From: Thermoleophilaceae bacterium
GTDB taxonomy: Bacteria > Actinomycetota > Thermoleophilia > Solirubrobacterales > Thermoleophilaceae
Direction of reading: 5' to 3'
Assembly (NCBI GenBank): GCA_036389835.1
Contig: DASVWC010000017.1
Span: 10,877 to 74,876, forward strand
Length of the DNA: 64,000 nucleotides
Shown: positions 19,893-29,363 of the stretch, piece by piece
How positions within the stretch are numbered: position 1 is the stretch's first letter
Layout of the letters: the number at the start of each line of letters is the position of its first letter
Program-made: the position numbers and the translations under genes
Notes under the pieces: generated by a model
Seen by the model: the letters and a program-made list of their open reading frames with translations, nothing else
The model's database searches: none
What the model was told of the DNA's origin: nothing

Positions 19893-20801
19893 ATGCTCAA
19901 GCGTGGTCGGCGCGGCGACGTCCCAGAGGCCGGCCTGGCGCCAGCGGCCGCGGCGCGCCCGACTCCGCCGCCCGGCGCCCGCAACCTGGTCTTCGTCGTC
20001 CTCGACAGCCTGCGTTACGACTCGTGGACCGCGGCGCAGCCGGAGGTGCTCGCCAGGCTCGGCACCGTCGAGCGGCGCTGGAGCTACGCCACCTGGACCG
20101 CGCCCTCGCACTACAACCTGCTGATGGGGCTCCTGCCCCACACGAGCCCGCCCGAGGTCTACGCCTCCGAGTACTACAAGCAGGACTTCCTCAAGTACGC
20201 CGAGCGGCTCAACGTGCCCGGGATGGAGTTCCGAAAGGTCCTCCCGTCGATCTTCCTACCGACCTACCTGCACGGCCAGCTCGGCTACCTGACGCACGCC
20301 CGCGTTTCCATGCCGGTGCTGAACGAGCACACCGTCATCAACCGCGACTTCGACAGCTACAAGCTGATGCCGAAGCACAACGACATGGCGGCGATGCTCG
20401 ACGAGATGACGTTCGACGCGAGCCGCCCGTCGTTCTGGCTGCTGAACGTCGGCGAGACGCACTACCCGTACGCGCTGCCGGACGAGGACCCGCGCGAATG
20501 GCCCCACATCTCGGGCGTGCACGGCGTCTTCAAGAAGCTCGACGAGCAGAAGGACCAGCCCGGGATGACCGACTTCTTCGACGCTACCGCGCTGCGCCGG
20601 CTCCAGGACCGCCAGGTCGACGCGGTCCGCTATCTCGACACCGTGTTCGCGCGGCTGTTCGACATGCTGCCGAGCGACACCTGGGTGGTCGTGACCTCCG
20701 ACCACGGCGAGCTGTTCGGCGAGGACCGCTACTTCGGCCACGGCCCGGTGCAGCACGAGAAGGTCATGGAGGTCCCCTTCGTGGAGGGGATCGTCCCCTA
20801 G
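19893..20801 (+). CDS. Alkaline-phosphatase-superfamily enzyme, paralog of 18415..19836
   Basis: 302 aa with VVLDSLRYD, ATWTAPSHYNLLMGLLP and VVVTSDHGELFGEDRYFGHG. It is divergent from its paralog across 56 bp. Confidence 0.8.
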   Translation: MLKRGRRGDVPEAGLAPAAAARPTPPPGARNLVFVVLDSLRYDSWTAAQPEVLARLGTVERRWSYATWTAPSHYNLLMGLLPHTSPPEVYASEYYKQDFLKYAERLNVPGMEFRKVLPSIFLPTYLHGQLGYLTHARVSMPVLNEHTVINRDFDSYKLMPKHNDMAAMLDEMTFDASRPSFWLLNVGETHYPYALPDEDPREWPHISGVHGVFKKLDEQKDQPGMTDFFDATALRRLQDRQVDAVRYLDTVFARLFDMLPSDTWVVVTSDHGELFGEDRYFGHGPVQHEKVMEVPFVEGIVP

Positions 20802-20804
20802 CGC

Positions 20805-21668
20805 GTGGCGCCCGAGGTAAGCGTCGTCATACCGGTCCGCGACGGGGCCGACTCGATCGGGGCGCTGCTCTGCAGCCTCGAGCGCCAGACGCTCGCCCGC
20901 GAGCGCTTCGAGGTCGTGGTGGTGGACAACGCGTCGCGCGACGCCACCGCCGACATCGCCCGCGGGCGCGGCGCGACCGTGGTGCACGAGCCGGTCCCCA
21001 ACCGCTCGCGTGCTCGCAACGCGGGCGTCGCCGCGACGGCGGCGGACCTGATCGCGTTCACCGACGCGGACTGCTTCGCGCACGAGCGCTGGCTCGAGGA
21101 GCTGCTCGCCTGCGCGGGTCGGGCGCCGCTCGTGGCCGGCGAGGTCGTCACGAGCACGAGCGACCCGCCCAACGCGATCGAGCGCTTCGAGCTGCTGTCG
21201 CGCTTCGGCCAGGGCGCGTGGGTCGAGCAGCAGGGGTGGGCCGCGACCGCCAACCTGCTCGTGCGCCGCGAGGCCTTCAACGCGGTCGGCGGCCTCGATC
21301 CGAGCTGGCGCCACATCGGCGAGGACGTGGACTTCTGCCTGCGCGCCCGCGACGCGGGTTTCGGGCTGGCGTTCTGCCCGGACGCGGTCGTCGAGCACCA
21401 CGCCGAGCGGCGGCTGCGGCCGATGCTGAGCCGCTCGTACCGTCACGGCTACTCGGTCAACCAGGCCTGGCACCGGTTCGGCGGCGGCTACCGAGCCTGG
21501 CGCCACCCGGGCGGCGTCCTGAGCGGCCCGCGCGCGTTCCGCCGGCTCGGGCTCGACACCGCCGCGCTGCGCGGCCCGGACGGTCGCCGGCTCGCCGCTC
21601 TGGCCCGCGCCAGCTACGGCGCGCGCATCGTCGGCTCGGTGTGGGCCGAGCTGAGGCGCGCCCGATGA
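20805..21668 (+). CDS. Glycosyltransferase family 2
   Basis: 287 aa with VSVVIPVRDG, VVVVDNASRD and FTDADC. Confidence 0.85.
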   Translation: MAPEVSVVIPVRDGADSIGALLCSLERQTLARERFEVVVVDNASRDATADIARGRGATVVHEPVPNRSRARNAGVAATAADLIAFTDADCFAHERWLEELLACAGRAPLVAGEVVTSTSDPPNAIERFELLSRFGQGAWVEQQGWAATANLLVRREAFNAVGGLDPSWRHIGEDVDFCLRARDAGFGLAFCPDAVVEHHAERRLRPMLSRSYRHGYSVNQAWHRFGGGYRAWRHPGGVLSGPRAFRRLGLDTAALRGPDGRRLAALARASYGARIVGSVWAELRRAR

Positions 21669-22633
21669 CCCCGGCCGCCCCGCTCGCCTCGGTCATCGTC
21701 TGCACGCGCAACCGCGCCGACTACCTCGAGGGCGCCCTCGACAGCATCCTCGCCGACTCGCCGGGGGTCGGCTGGGAGCTGATCGTGGTCGACAACGCCT
21801 CGACGGACGGCACGCGCGCCGTGGTCGAGGCACGGCAGGCCGAGGCGAAGGACGTCCCGGTCGAGTACGCCCTCGAGGAGCGGCTCGGCCACAGCCACGC
21901 GCGCAACCGCGGGATCGCGGACGCGCGCGGGGAACTCATCGTGTTCACCGACGACGACGTGATCGTGGAGGCGGGCTGGCTCGACGCGCTCTGCGCCGGG
22001 TTCACCGAGCCCGACGTGATGGCCGCGGGGGGCAAGATCGTCCCGCGCTGGCCCAGCGCGCCGCCGGGCTGGATGTCCGCCCGCCTGTCGGGGGTGCTCG
22101 CCGTGACCGATTACGGCGAGGAGGCGCGCGACCTGACCGGCGACGAGTACCCGGTCGGGGCGAACATGGCGATCCGCCGCTCGGCGCTGGGTGACGCGGC
22201 GAGCGCGTTCGACACGCGGCTCGGGCACCGCGGCGGCGGCTACTTCGGCTTCGATGAGCACGAGCTCTTCGCGGCGCTGCGCGAGCGCGGTCGGCTCGTC
22301 TACCGGCCGGACGCCGTCGTGCACCACCGCATCCTCCCGGACCGCATGACCTGGGAGGGGATGCGGCGCGCGTCGCTGCACAACGGGTACGGCTCGATGC
22401 GCGCCGACCGCCTGCGCGAGGGCACGCGGGTGCCGCTGCGATCCGCCGTGCCGGAGGCGACGCGCGCCCTGTTCCAGGCACTCCGTCGGCGCCGGCGCAA
22501 CGGCGGGCGCGACGACGTCGACCCCGAGGCCGCGTTCGACGAGTTCCACGCCTACTGGGTGGTCGGGCGCTGGATCGAGATCCTGTTCGGGGAGTCGGCC
22601 GCCGCGCGCTGGCTGCTGAGCCGGCTCGTCTAG
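21665..22633 (+). CDS. Glycosyltransferase family 2
   Basis: The ATG at 21665 overlaps the previous stop (ATGA). The protein has ASVIVCTRNRADYL, LIVVDNASTDGT and FTDDDV. Only the last 322 aa of ORF 19742..22633 are protein-like. Confidence 0.85.
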   Translation: MTPAAPLASVIVCTRNRADYLEGALDSILADSPGVGWELIVVDNASTDGTRAVVEARQAEAKDVPVEYALEERLGHSHARNRGIADARGELIVFTDDDVIVEAGWLDALCAGFTEPDVMAAGGKIVPRWPSAPPGWMSARLSGVLAVTDYGEEARDLTGDEYPVGANMAIRRSALGDAASAFDTRLGHRGGGYFGFDEHELFAALRERGRLVYRPDAVVHHRILPDRMTWEGMRRASLHNGYGSMRADRLREGTRVPLRSAVPEATRALFQALRRRRRNGGRDDVDPEAAFDEFHAYWVVGRWIEILFGESAAARWLLSRLV

Positions 22634-23397
22634 TTGCGCCGGCGGAGCCGTCTCCGCACGGCCTCCGCGGCGGCCGGCCGGGCCATCCCGAGCACCTCGC
22701 GGAACGAGCGCTCCCTGGCGACCTCGTCGCGGGCGCGGCGCCACTCGTGAGTGCGTGAGAGGTACAGGTAAGGGTGGATGACCGCCAGCTGCTCCCGGCG
22801 CGTGCTCTCGTGGAGGTCGCGCAGCCGGGGGCGGCCGGCCACGGCCTCGCGCTCGCACATCAGCAGCATGTTCTGCCGGTACCACCACGCCACGTCGTCG
22901 TCGCCCCACAGCGCCGGCCGGAGCGCGTCGACCGCGACGAACCCGTGCTCGCCGAAGAGCCGGACCCAGTAGTCGGGGAACTGCTCGTTCAGGTGGCCGT
23001 CACCGCCCTGGTCCGGCACCGCGGCGGAGAACAGCACGACCGGGCCGAGGCTCACGAGCGACTCGACGAGCGTCGCCGCGGCCCGCTCCTCGACGTGCTC
23101 CGCCACCTCGAGGCTGATCACCAGGTCGAAGCGGCGGTCGAGGCGCAGCGGCGTCGCGAGGTCGTGGGTGCGGAAGCGCTCCGCCGGGATCGCGAGCGAG
23201 CCGGCCGGCGTGAAGCCGTCGACGCCGAGGTAGTCGGAGACGCCGAGCCGCTCGGCCTCGGCCAGCCAGGCGCCGGAGCCGCAGCCCACGTCGATCACCG
23301 AGCCGGGCTCGACCAGCTCGAGCACGAGCGGCAGAACGCTGCGCGCGGAGCGCTCGGCTCCCGCGTGGTGCTTCGCGAAGAAGTCGGGCCCGTACAC
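22630..23397 (-). CDS. Class I SAM-dependent methyltransferase
   Basis: About 255 aa from the GTG at 23397. VIDVGCGSGAWL is motif I, and FDLVISLEVAEHV is also present. Confidence 0.8.
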   Translation of the reverse strand: MYGPDFFAKHHAGAERSARSVLPLVLELVEPGSVIDVGCGSGAWLAEAERLGVSDYLGVDGFTPAGSLAIPAERFRTHDLATPLRLDRRFDLVISLEVAEHVEERAAATLVESLVSLGPVVLFSAAVPDQGGDGHLNEQFPDYWVRLFGEHGFVAVDALRPALWGDDDVAWWYRQNMLLMCEREAVAGRPRLRDLHESTRREQLAVIHPYLYLSRTHEWRRARDEVARERSFREVLGMARPAAAEAVRRRLRRRN

Positions 23398-23402
23398 GAG
23401 GC

Positions 23403-24098
23403 CTAGCCCTTCTGGAAGAACGCGACGTTGGCCGCCGTCTGGATCCGGTGGGGCAGCGAGCGGCGGCCCAGGAACTCGTGCACGGCGATCGTGCAGCCCT
23501 CCCAGACGTGGTAGTCGTCGATGACGACGAGTCCGCCGGGGGCGACCTGGTCGTACAGGGTCTCGAGGCAGGTGATGACAGAGTCGTGCCAGTCGCAGTC
23601 GAGCCGCAGCAGGGCGATCGTGCCGATCTCGTCGCGGTGGGCGGGCAGCGTCTCCTCGAACCAGCCCTTCACGATCCGGGTGCGGCCGGCCACGCCGAGC
23701 CGCTCCGCGCTCGCGAGAACGTCCTCCACGTCGGCCCGGCAGTTGTCGAAGTACCACGGGTTGTCCGGGTTGGCCGCCCATTCCGCGGCCCTCGCGCCGT
23801 CGACCTCCTCGGGCGGCGGAAGCCCCTCGAACGAGTCGAACATCCAGACCGTGCGGTCGTCGCCGCGCGCCTCGAGCAGCTCCGCCATGAGGAACGAGGA
23901 ACCGCCGCGCCAGACGCCGCACTCGACTACGTCGCCGGGCACGCCGGCGTCCAGTACCGAGCCGAGCCGGTGCGCGAGGTCGCGCAAGGTGTGCTCCTGC
24001 ACCATCGACAGCTCGCGGGCGCGCTCGATCATCGGCCCGAGCTGCGCCTCGTCTCGGCGCGCGCGGCGACGGTAGGCGAGCGCTCCGGCGATCTTCAC
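23403..24098 (-). CDS. TylF/MycF-family (macrocin-type) sugar O-methyltransferase
   Basis: 231 aa with GDVVECGVWRGGSS, WMFDSFEGLP and LLRLDCDWHDS, which are metal- and SAM-binding signatures. Confidence 0.85.
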   Translation of the reverse strand: MKIAGALAYRRRARRDEAQLGPMIERARELSMVQEHTLRDLAHRLGSVLDAGVPGDVVECGVWRGGSSFLMAELLEARGDDRTVWMFDSFEGLPPPEEVDGARAAEWAANPDNPWYFDNCRADVEDVLASAERLGVAGRTRIVKGWFEETLPAHRDEIGTIALLRLDCDWHDSVITCLETLYDQVAPGGLVVIDDYHVWEGCTIAVHEFLGRRSLPHRIQTAANVAFFQKG

Positions 24099-24136
24099 GC
24101 GCGCACCGTATCCGCTGCCCGGACGTCGCGCGCTGA

Positions 24137-25357
24137 ATGCGGCGCTCGGGGCCGCGGGTCACCGGTACCCTCGCCGCGATGCGGACCCCGGCAGCTACGG
24201 GTCGGTACAACGACCTCGACGCGCTGCGCGCGTTCACGATCCTCGTGGTGGTCGCGTTCCACGTCGGCGGCGTCTCGTACACGCTGCCGGTGGACGGCGG
24301 CCGCCCGGTCGAGCTGTGGCTGACGTGGTGCGTCAAGACGGCGGACCAGTTCCAGATGCCGGTCTTCTTCGTCATGTCCGGCTTCTTCGGCGCGCTGGCC
24401 GTGCGGCGTCGCGGCTCGCTCGCGTTCCTGCGCGGGCGCCTCGAGCGGATCGGGATCCCCCTGCTGGTGGCCTGGCTCGTGCTGGGGCCGCTCCTGAACC
24501 TGATAGCGATCTACGGGCAGCACGTCCGCGGCCGGCCGCAGCAGCCGATCGCCTTCGACACGCTGGTCGCTCCGAAGCTCCACCATCTCTGGTTCCTCGC
24601 GTACCTGCTGCTGTTCTGCGCGGCGGCGCTCGTCCTCCGCGCGGCGCTCGCGTGGTCGCCGCGGCTCGCGTCCCTCGGGCGCCGCGCGTTCGAAGCGGTC
24701 GCGCGCACGCCGGCACGACTCGCGGTGCTCGTGCCGATGACCGCTCTTCTCAGCTGGAACGCGCAGGCTCCGACGACGACCGGCGGCAACGAGTTCATCC
24801 CCGACCTGGGGACGATTGCACGCTTCGGCCCGTTCTTCGCGTTCGGCTGGATCCTCTACGGAAGTCGCGAGCTCCTGCTGCCGCGCCTCCGCGCGGCCCC
24901 GGGGGCGCACATCGCCGTCGCGTTAGCGGCGTCGATCCTCCTCACGGCGGTGGTGGATCAGACCCCCGGCGACGAGCGCACCACCAAGGCGCTTCTCAAC
25001 GGCCTCGGCGCGATCGTGGCCTGGACCGCCACGCTGGGCCTGATGGGCCTCTTCCACCGCTGGTTCAATCGTCCCGGCGAGCGCGTGCGCTACGGCGCCG
25101 ATGCGGCCTACTGGATCTACCTCGGTCACCTGCCGCTCGTGAACGCCCTCTCCTATGCGCTGGTGGACGTCGGGGCACCCTTCGCGCTGCGCATCCTGCT
25201 GGTCCCGGCGATCACGGTCGGCCTGCTGCTGCTCGCGTACGATCGGCTGGTCCGCTACACGCCGGTCGGGAGCGTCCTGCACGGACGCCGGTCGCGCTAC
25301 GGCGCGTCGTCGAGGCCGGGTACCGGCTCGCCCGCCTCGTCGGCCGCCCAGGCCTGA
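24137..25357 (+). CDS. Acyltransferase-3 family membrane O-acyltransferase
   Basis: 406 aa with DALRAFTILVVVAFH and about 10 TM helices. An alternative ATG start lies at 24179. Confidence 0.8.
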   Translation: MRRSGPRVTGTLAAMRTPAATGRYNDLDALRAFTILVVVAFHVGGVSYTLPVDGGRPVELWLTWCVKTADQFQMPVFFVMSGFFGALAVRRRGSLAFLRGRLERIGIPLLVAWLVLGPLLNLIAIYGQHVRGRPQQPIAFDTLVAPKLHHLWFLAYLLLFCAAALVLRAALAWSPRLASLGRRAFEAVARTPARLAVLVPMTALLSWNAQAPTTTGGNEFIPDLGTIARFGPFFAFGWILYGSRELLLPRLRAAPGAHIAVALAASILLTAVVDQTPGDERTTKALLNGLGAIVAWTATLGLMGLFHRWFNRPGERVRYGADAAYWIYLGHLPLVNALSYALVDVGAPFALRILLVPAITVGLLLLAYDRLVRYTPVGSVLHGRRSRYGASSRPGTGSPASSAAQA

Positions 25358-26289
25358 AGGAACGCGTCGGCCAGCTCCTGCCGGAACACCAGGTCGGCGC
25401 GGCTCCAGACGTAGTCGCCGAGCACCGGCGTGCGCGGCGGCACCCAACGCGCCGCGGTGACCGACCTGCCGCGCAGCCGCTCGCGCCGCGCCGCGTCGGT
25501 GAACAGCCGGTGGAAGTAGGGCTCCGCGTCGCCGGGGTGCATCGCGAGGAACCGCCGCTCGGCGACCGCCAGCCGCACGACCCGCCGGCGCCACATGTCG
25601 AGATCCATCCGGTGCAGGTGCTCCGCGCGCGCGGCCGGGTTGTAGAGCAGGCGAAAGCCGACGCGTGACATTCGCAGCGCCAGGTCGAGGTCCTCGTTGC
25701 CGAACGGAAGCGACTCCTCGTCGAACCCGCCCACTCGCTCGAGCATCGCGCGCTTGACCGACGCGTTCGCCGTGTAGAAGCGGCCCCAGCCGGCGTCGGC
25801 TCCGGGCTCGATGCGCGGGTAGTCGAACTGGATTCCCCGCTCGAGCCAGCGCATGAACGGCGTGACCTCGAGCTCGTCGGCCCAGCGGACGAGGCCCAGC
25901 ACGCCGACCTCCGGCTCGGCGTGGCGCTCGTGCCAGCTCAGGTGCTGGGCGACGAGCTCGCGCTCCGGCATCACGTCGTCGTCGAGGAACAGGACCAGCG
26001 GCGTCTCGGCCGCCCGCCAGCCGGCGTTGCGCGCCGCCGAGGCCCCCGGACGCTCGCCGCGCAGCACACGCAGCGCGTAGGGCCGCTCTCCGGCGAGCTC
26101 CGCGACGCGTCCGCCGTCCTCGGCTGCTGCGTCCGTCACCACGTACACGGCGAGCTCCGCCGGCGCGATCGTCTGACTCTCGAGCCGATCGAGCACGCGG
26201 GCCAGCGAGTCGCGCCGCCCCAGCGTCGGGATGACCGCGGTGATCGCCGGCACGCGTGGGGTCGGCCGGCCTCCGATCTCGGGGCGCAT
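25297..26289 (-). CDS. Glycosyltransferase family 2
   Basis: 330 aa from the ATG at 26289, with ITAVIPTLGRRD and FLDDDV. It overlaps the convergent acyltransferase by 61 nt. Confidence 0.8.
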   Translation of the reverse strand: MRPEIGGRPTPRVPAITAVIPTLGRRDSLARVLDRLESQTIAPAELAVYVVTDAAAEDGGRVAELAGERPYALRVLRGERPGASAARNAGWRAAETPLVLFLDDDVMPERELVAQHLSWHERHAEPEVGVLGLVRWADELEVTPFMRWLERGIQFDYPRIEPGADAGWGRFYTANASVKRAMLERVGGFDEESLPFGNEDLDLALRMSRVGFRLLYNPAARAEHLHRMDLDMWRRRVVRLAVAERRFLAMHPGDAEPYFHRLFTDAARRERLRGRSVTAARWVPPRTPVLGDYVWSRADLVFRQELADAFLQAWAADEAGEPVPGLDDAP

Positions 26290-26382
26290 CCGCGCGCAGT
26301 CTAGGCACGGCTCGCGCCGCCGGCGGTCGGTTACGCTGCCTGCGATGCTGGGCCGGCGGGGACGAAGGAAGGCACCCGGGGA

Positions 26383-28839
26383 TTGAGCATCGCAAGGCTC
26401 GAGGCGAGCTCGTCGAGGCGCGGCTGGGGAGACGCCGCGGCCCTCGCAGTCTTCGCCGTTGCCGTCGCCTGGCTCTTCTCGGCTTCGCTCTTCGGAGGCA
26501 GGGTCCTCACGCCGGCCGACCTGAGCCTCTTCGGCGCGCCATGGGCCGGGCACCTCGACCCAGCGGCTTCCCCGGCCGCCGGCTACTTCGGTGACCCGGT
26601 CCACTTCGTCCAGCCCGACCTCTACGCGGCGCGCACACAGATCCGAGGGGGACACGTTCCGGCCTGGAACCCCGCGATCAGTGGCGGGCGGCCGCTGTTG
26701 GCCTCGCAACAGGCCGCGCCGCTGTATCCGGTCAACGGACTGGCGCACGTGTTCCCGTTTTGGCAATCACTGGCGTGGATCGCGGCCCTCAAGGTCCTGC
26801 TGGCCGCGGTCGGCGCTTACCTCCTGTGCCGTGCCTACGCGCTCTCGCGCTGGGCGGCGACGCTCGGGGGGCTCGCGTTCGGGATGGGCCACGGATTCGT
26901 GCTGTGGCTCGAGCATCCGCACGCGGCCGTCTGGGCTCTCCTGCCGTGGGCGCTCCTGACCGGCGAGCGCCTGGTCGTCCGCGCGCGCGCTGCCGACGCC
27001 GCCCTGCTCGGCATCGTGACCGGCTGCGCGCTCCTCGGTGGGCATCCGGAGAGCTTCTTCGTCCTCCTGCTCGCGCTCGTCGGCTACCTTGCCGTGCGAA
27101 TCCGGCAGCTAGCGCGCCGGAGGGGCATGATCGTCAGGCGACGGCTCGCTCTCGCCTTCGCCGCCCTCTTCCTCGCGTGGTTGATCGGCGGCGTCGCGAC
27201 ATTGCCGTTCCTCGAGGCGCTGGTGCAGTCGGACGACGTCCGCCGGCCGCAGTTCTCCGATCCTCTGAGGATTCTCTACGGCGCGTTCTTCCCCGACAAG
27301 TGGGGGCGACCGGATCGCGGCGTCGACCACGGGGGTCCCGGCGTCGGATACTCGGCGCGCGCACTGTACGTCGGCGCGCTTCCACTCGTCCTGGCGTTCG
27401 CGGGCGCCCTGCGGCGGCTCCCGCCCGAGCGGCGCGACGTGAAGCGCTTCTTCGTCGGGTTGACCGTGTGCGCCCTGCTGCTGACCGTGGACCTTCCGCC
27501 GCAGGATCTCATCGTCCATGTACCGCCGTTTTCGCTGATGATCATGCACTGGTTCGTGTGGCCCGCGTTCCTCGGCATCGCCGTACTCGCGGCCTTCGGG
27601 CTCGACGGGATGCTCGCGGCGGACGGGCGCGACCGGCGGCGGCTCCTCGTCGCAGCGGGCGCAGCGGCGGTGGTACCGGTCCTCTGGGAGCTCCGCCACC
27701 CGTCGCTGCTAGGCCACCTGGGTGACGCGATCGGCCAGCTCCCCGACCTCGACGAGAGTCGCCCGAGCTTCGCCGTCACGTCCGCGACGGCCGCCCTCCG
27801 CTGGACGGTGCTCGCGTGCGGTGGCGGGGTCGTGGCCTGGCTGCTGTCACGCAAGCGAGGTCGCGCCCTCGGCGCGGCTCTGGTGATCGCCCTGACGGTG
27901 GCCGACCTCGTGCTCGTGAGCCGCGGCTATCACCCAGCGATCCCGGAGCGCTCGGCGGCTCCGCCGGACCCTTCGACGCTGCGCTTCGTGAAGGAGCGCG
28001 TCGGCTCGGCGCGCGTCGGCGGCGTCGCGAACGCCTTCTCCCCGAACGTCGCGGCGTTTCATGGCTTGCGGGACCTGCGCGGCGAGGGGCTGCCCAGGTT
28101 GAGGCGCCACTCGCAGCTTTACGAGGCCCTCGACGGCACCACGAACAGGTCGGTGGGTCGCAACCTCTACGAGCCGCGGTCGGACCGCGCAGTGCGGCTG
28201 CTCGACGTGTTCGCCGTCCGCTACGTGTTCGAAGCCGAGCCGACACTGCCCGCGCGGCCCGGCTTCCACACGATCGCGGACGCCAGGGGCGACCGGCTCG
28301 TTGAGAATCGGTCAGCCGTGCCGCGAGCGTGGGTCGCCCACGATTGGCGAGTTGCGAAGGACTTCGACGACGCGCTCGACACCACCGCGGGCTCGACTAC
28401 GGCCGAGCTGCGACGCGCGCCCGTCATCGAGGGCTCTGCTCGCCCTCGGCGGGATTCCGGGATAGGTCGAGGCGCGCCGCCTTCGACCGCGCGGATCCGC
28501 CGCGACGAGCCTTCGGAGGTCAGGATCGAGTACACGTCCCCAGCGTCGGGTTGGCTGGTTCTCGCCGACACGCACTATCCCGGCTGGAAGGCCGAAGTCG
28601 ACGGCCAGCGAGCATCAATCCACCCCGCCAACGCGGCCTTCCGCGCCGTCGCAGCGCCGGCGGGCCGTCACACCGTGACGTTCCGCTACCGATCGGCCTC
28701 GGTGACGGCCGGCGTCGCGATGACGGTCGCGGGGATCCTCACGGCCGCGCTCCTGCTCGCTGTTCCACGCGCGAGGCGTCAGGCGTCGGAGCGCGTCGAG
28801 CCCACCACGCGCGCCGGCGCGCCCACGGCGACCGAGTAG
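26383..28839 (+). CDS. YfhO-family membrane protein (GT-C type glycosyltransferase)
   Basis: 818 aa. The N-terminal half is polytopic. The C-terminus ADTHYPGWKAEVDGQRASIHPANAAFRAV plus a final TM is characteristic of YfhO. Confidence 0.8.
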   Translation: MSIARLEASSSRRGWGDAAALAVFAVAVAWLFSASLFGGRVLTPADLSLFGAPWAGHLDPAASPAAGYFGDPVHFVQPDLYAARTQIRGGHVPAWNPAISGGRPLLASQQAAPLYPVNGLAHVFPFWQSLAWIAALKVLLAAVGAYLLCRAYALSRWAATLGGLAFGMGHGFVLWLEHPHAAVWALLPWALLTGERLVVRARAADAALLGIVTGCALLGGHPESFFVLLLALVGYLAVRIRQLARRRGMIVRRRLALAFAALFLAWLIGGVATLPFLEALVQSDDVRRPQFSDPLRILYGAFFPDKWGRPDRGVDHGGPGVGYSARALYVGALPLVLAFAGALRRLPPERRDVKRFFVGLTVCALLLTVDLPPQDLIVHVPPFSLMIMHWFVWPAFLGIAVLAAFGLDGMLAADGRDRRRLLVAAGAAAVVPVLWELRHPSLLGHLGDAIGQLPDLDESRPSFAVTSATAALRWTVLACGGGVVAWLLSRKRGRALGAALVIALTVADLVLVSRGYHPAIPERSAAPPDPSTLRFVKERVGSARVGGVANAFSPNVAAFHGLRDLRGEGLPRLRRHSQLYEALDGTTNRSVGRNLYEPRSDRAVRLLDVFAVRYVFEAEPTLPARPGFHTIADARGDRLVENRSAVPRAWVAHDWRVAKDFDDALDTTAGSTTAELRRAPVIEGSARPRRDSGIGRGAPPSTARIRRDEPSEVRIEYTSPASGWLVLADTHYPGWKAEVDGQRASIHPANAAFRAVAAPAGRHTVTFRYRSASVTAGVAMTVAGILTAALLLAVPRARRQASERVEPTTRAGAPTATE

Positions 28840-29363
28840 TCGGGGATCTCGCCGCGCACGACGCTGTTCGCTCCGATGGTGCAGTGCTTGCCGATCGTGG
28901 CCCCGCGCAGCACGGAGACCCTGTCGCCGAGCCAGGTCCCGCGCCCGATCCGGATCGGCGCCGTCTCGACCGGGTTGTAGAGCACGTTGTCGTGCGGGTT
29001 CTGGTGCGTGTGGTCGGAGTCGATCACGGTGCAGCCGGTGGCGAGGATCACGTGGTCCTCGATCACGATCGACTCCGACGCGGAGATCGCGCAGTTCGGC
29101 CGCATGCCCACGCCGGTCCCGATGCTGAGCACCGGCGCGGGGCGACCCCAGGCCGGCTTCTCGACGGCGAGCCACGCCCCCTCGAGGATCATCACGTCGT
29201 CCCCGATCGCGATCTGGTGCGGCCCGTAGAGCCACGCCGGCCGGTCGAGCACGGAGTGCGTGCCGAACGAGTGGAAGCGCCGGCGCCACCACGGCCCCAT
29301 CAGGCGCGAGCGCAGCTGCGCCCGCAGCGCCGGCTCGCGGATGTACTCGCGCAGCGGGGTCAT
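28779..29363 (-). CDS. Left-handed beta-helix (hexapeptide) acyl/acetyltransferase
   Basis: 194 aa from the ATG at 29363. Hexapeptide repeats are present (IGDRVSVLRGATIGKHCTIGANSVV). Confidence 0.8.
   Translation of the reverse strand: MTPLREYIREPALRAQLRSRLMGPWWRRRFHSFGTHSVLDRPAWLYGPHQIAIGDDVMILEGAWLAVEKPAWGRPAPVLSIGTGVGMRPNCAISASESIVIEDHVILATGCTVIDSDHTHQNPHDNVLYNPVETAPIRIGRGTWLGDRVSVLRGATIGKHCTIGANSVVRGEIPDYSVAVGAPARVVGSTRSDA

Noticed and set aside
18415-20801. Annotating the two alkaline-phosphatase-superfamily proteins as arylsulfatases
   Set aside because: The C/S-x-P-x-R formylglycine motif is replaced by T-x-P-S-H, and no FGE or anSME gene is nearby. Only the superfamily-level call is kept.
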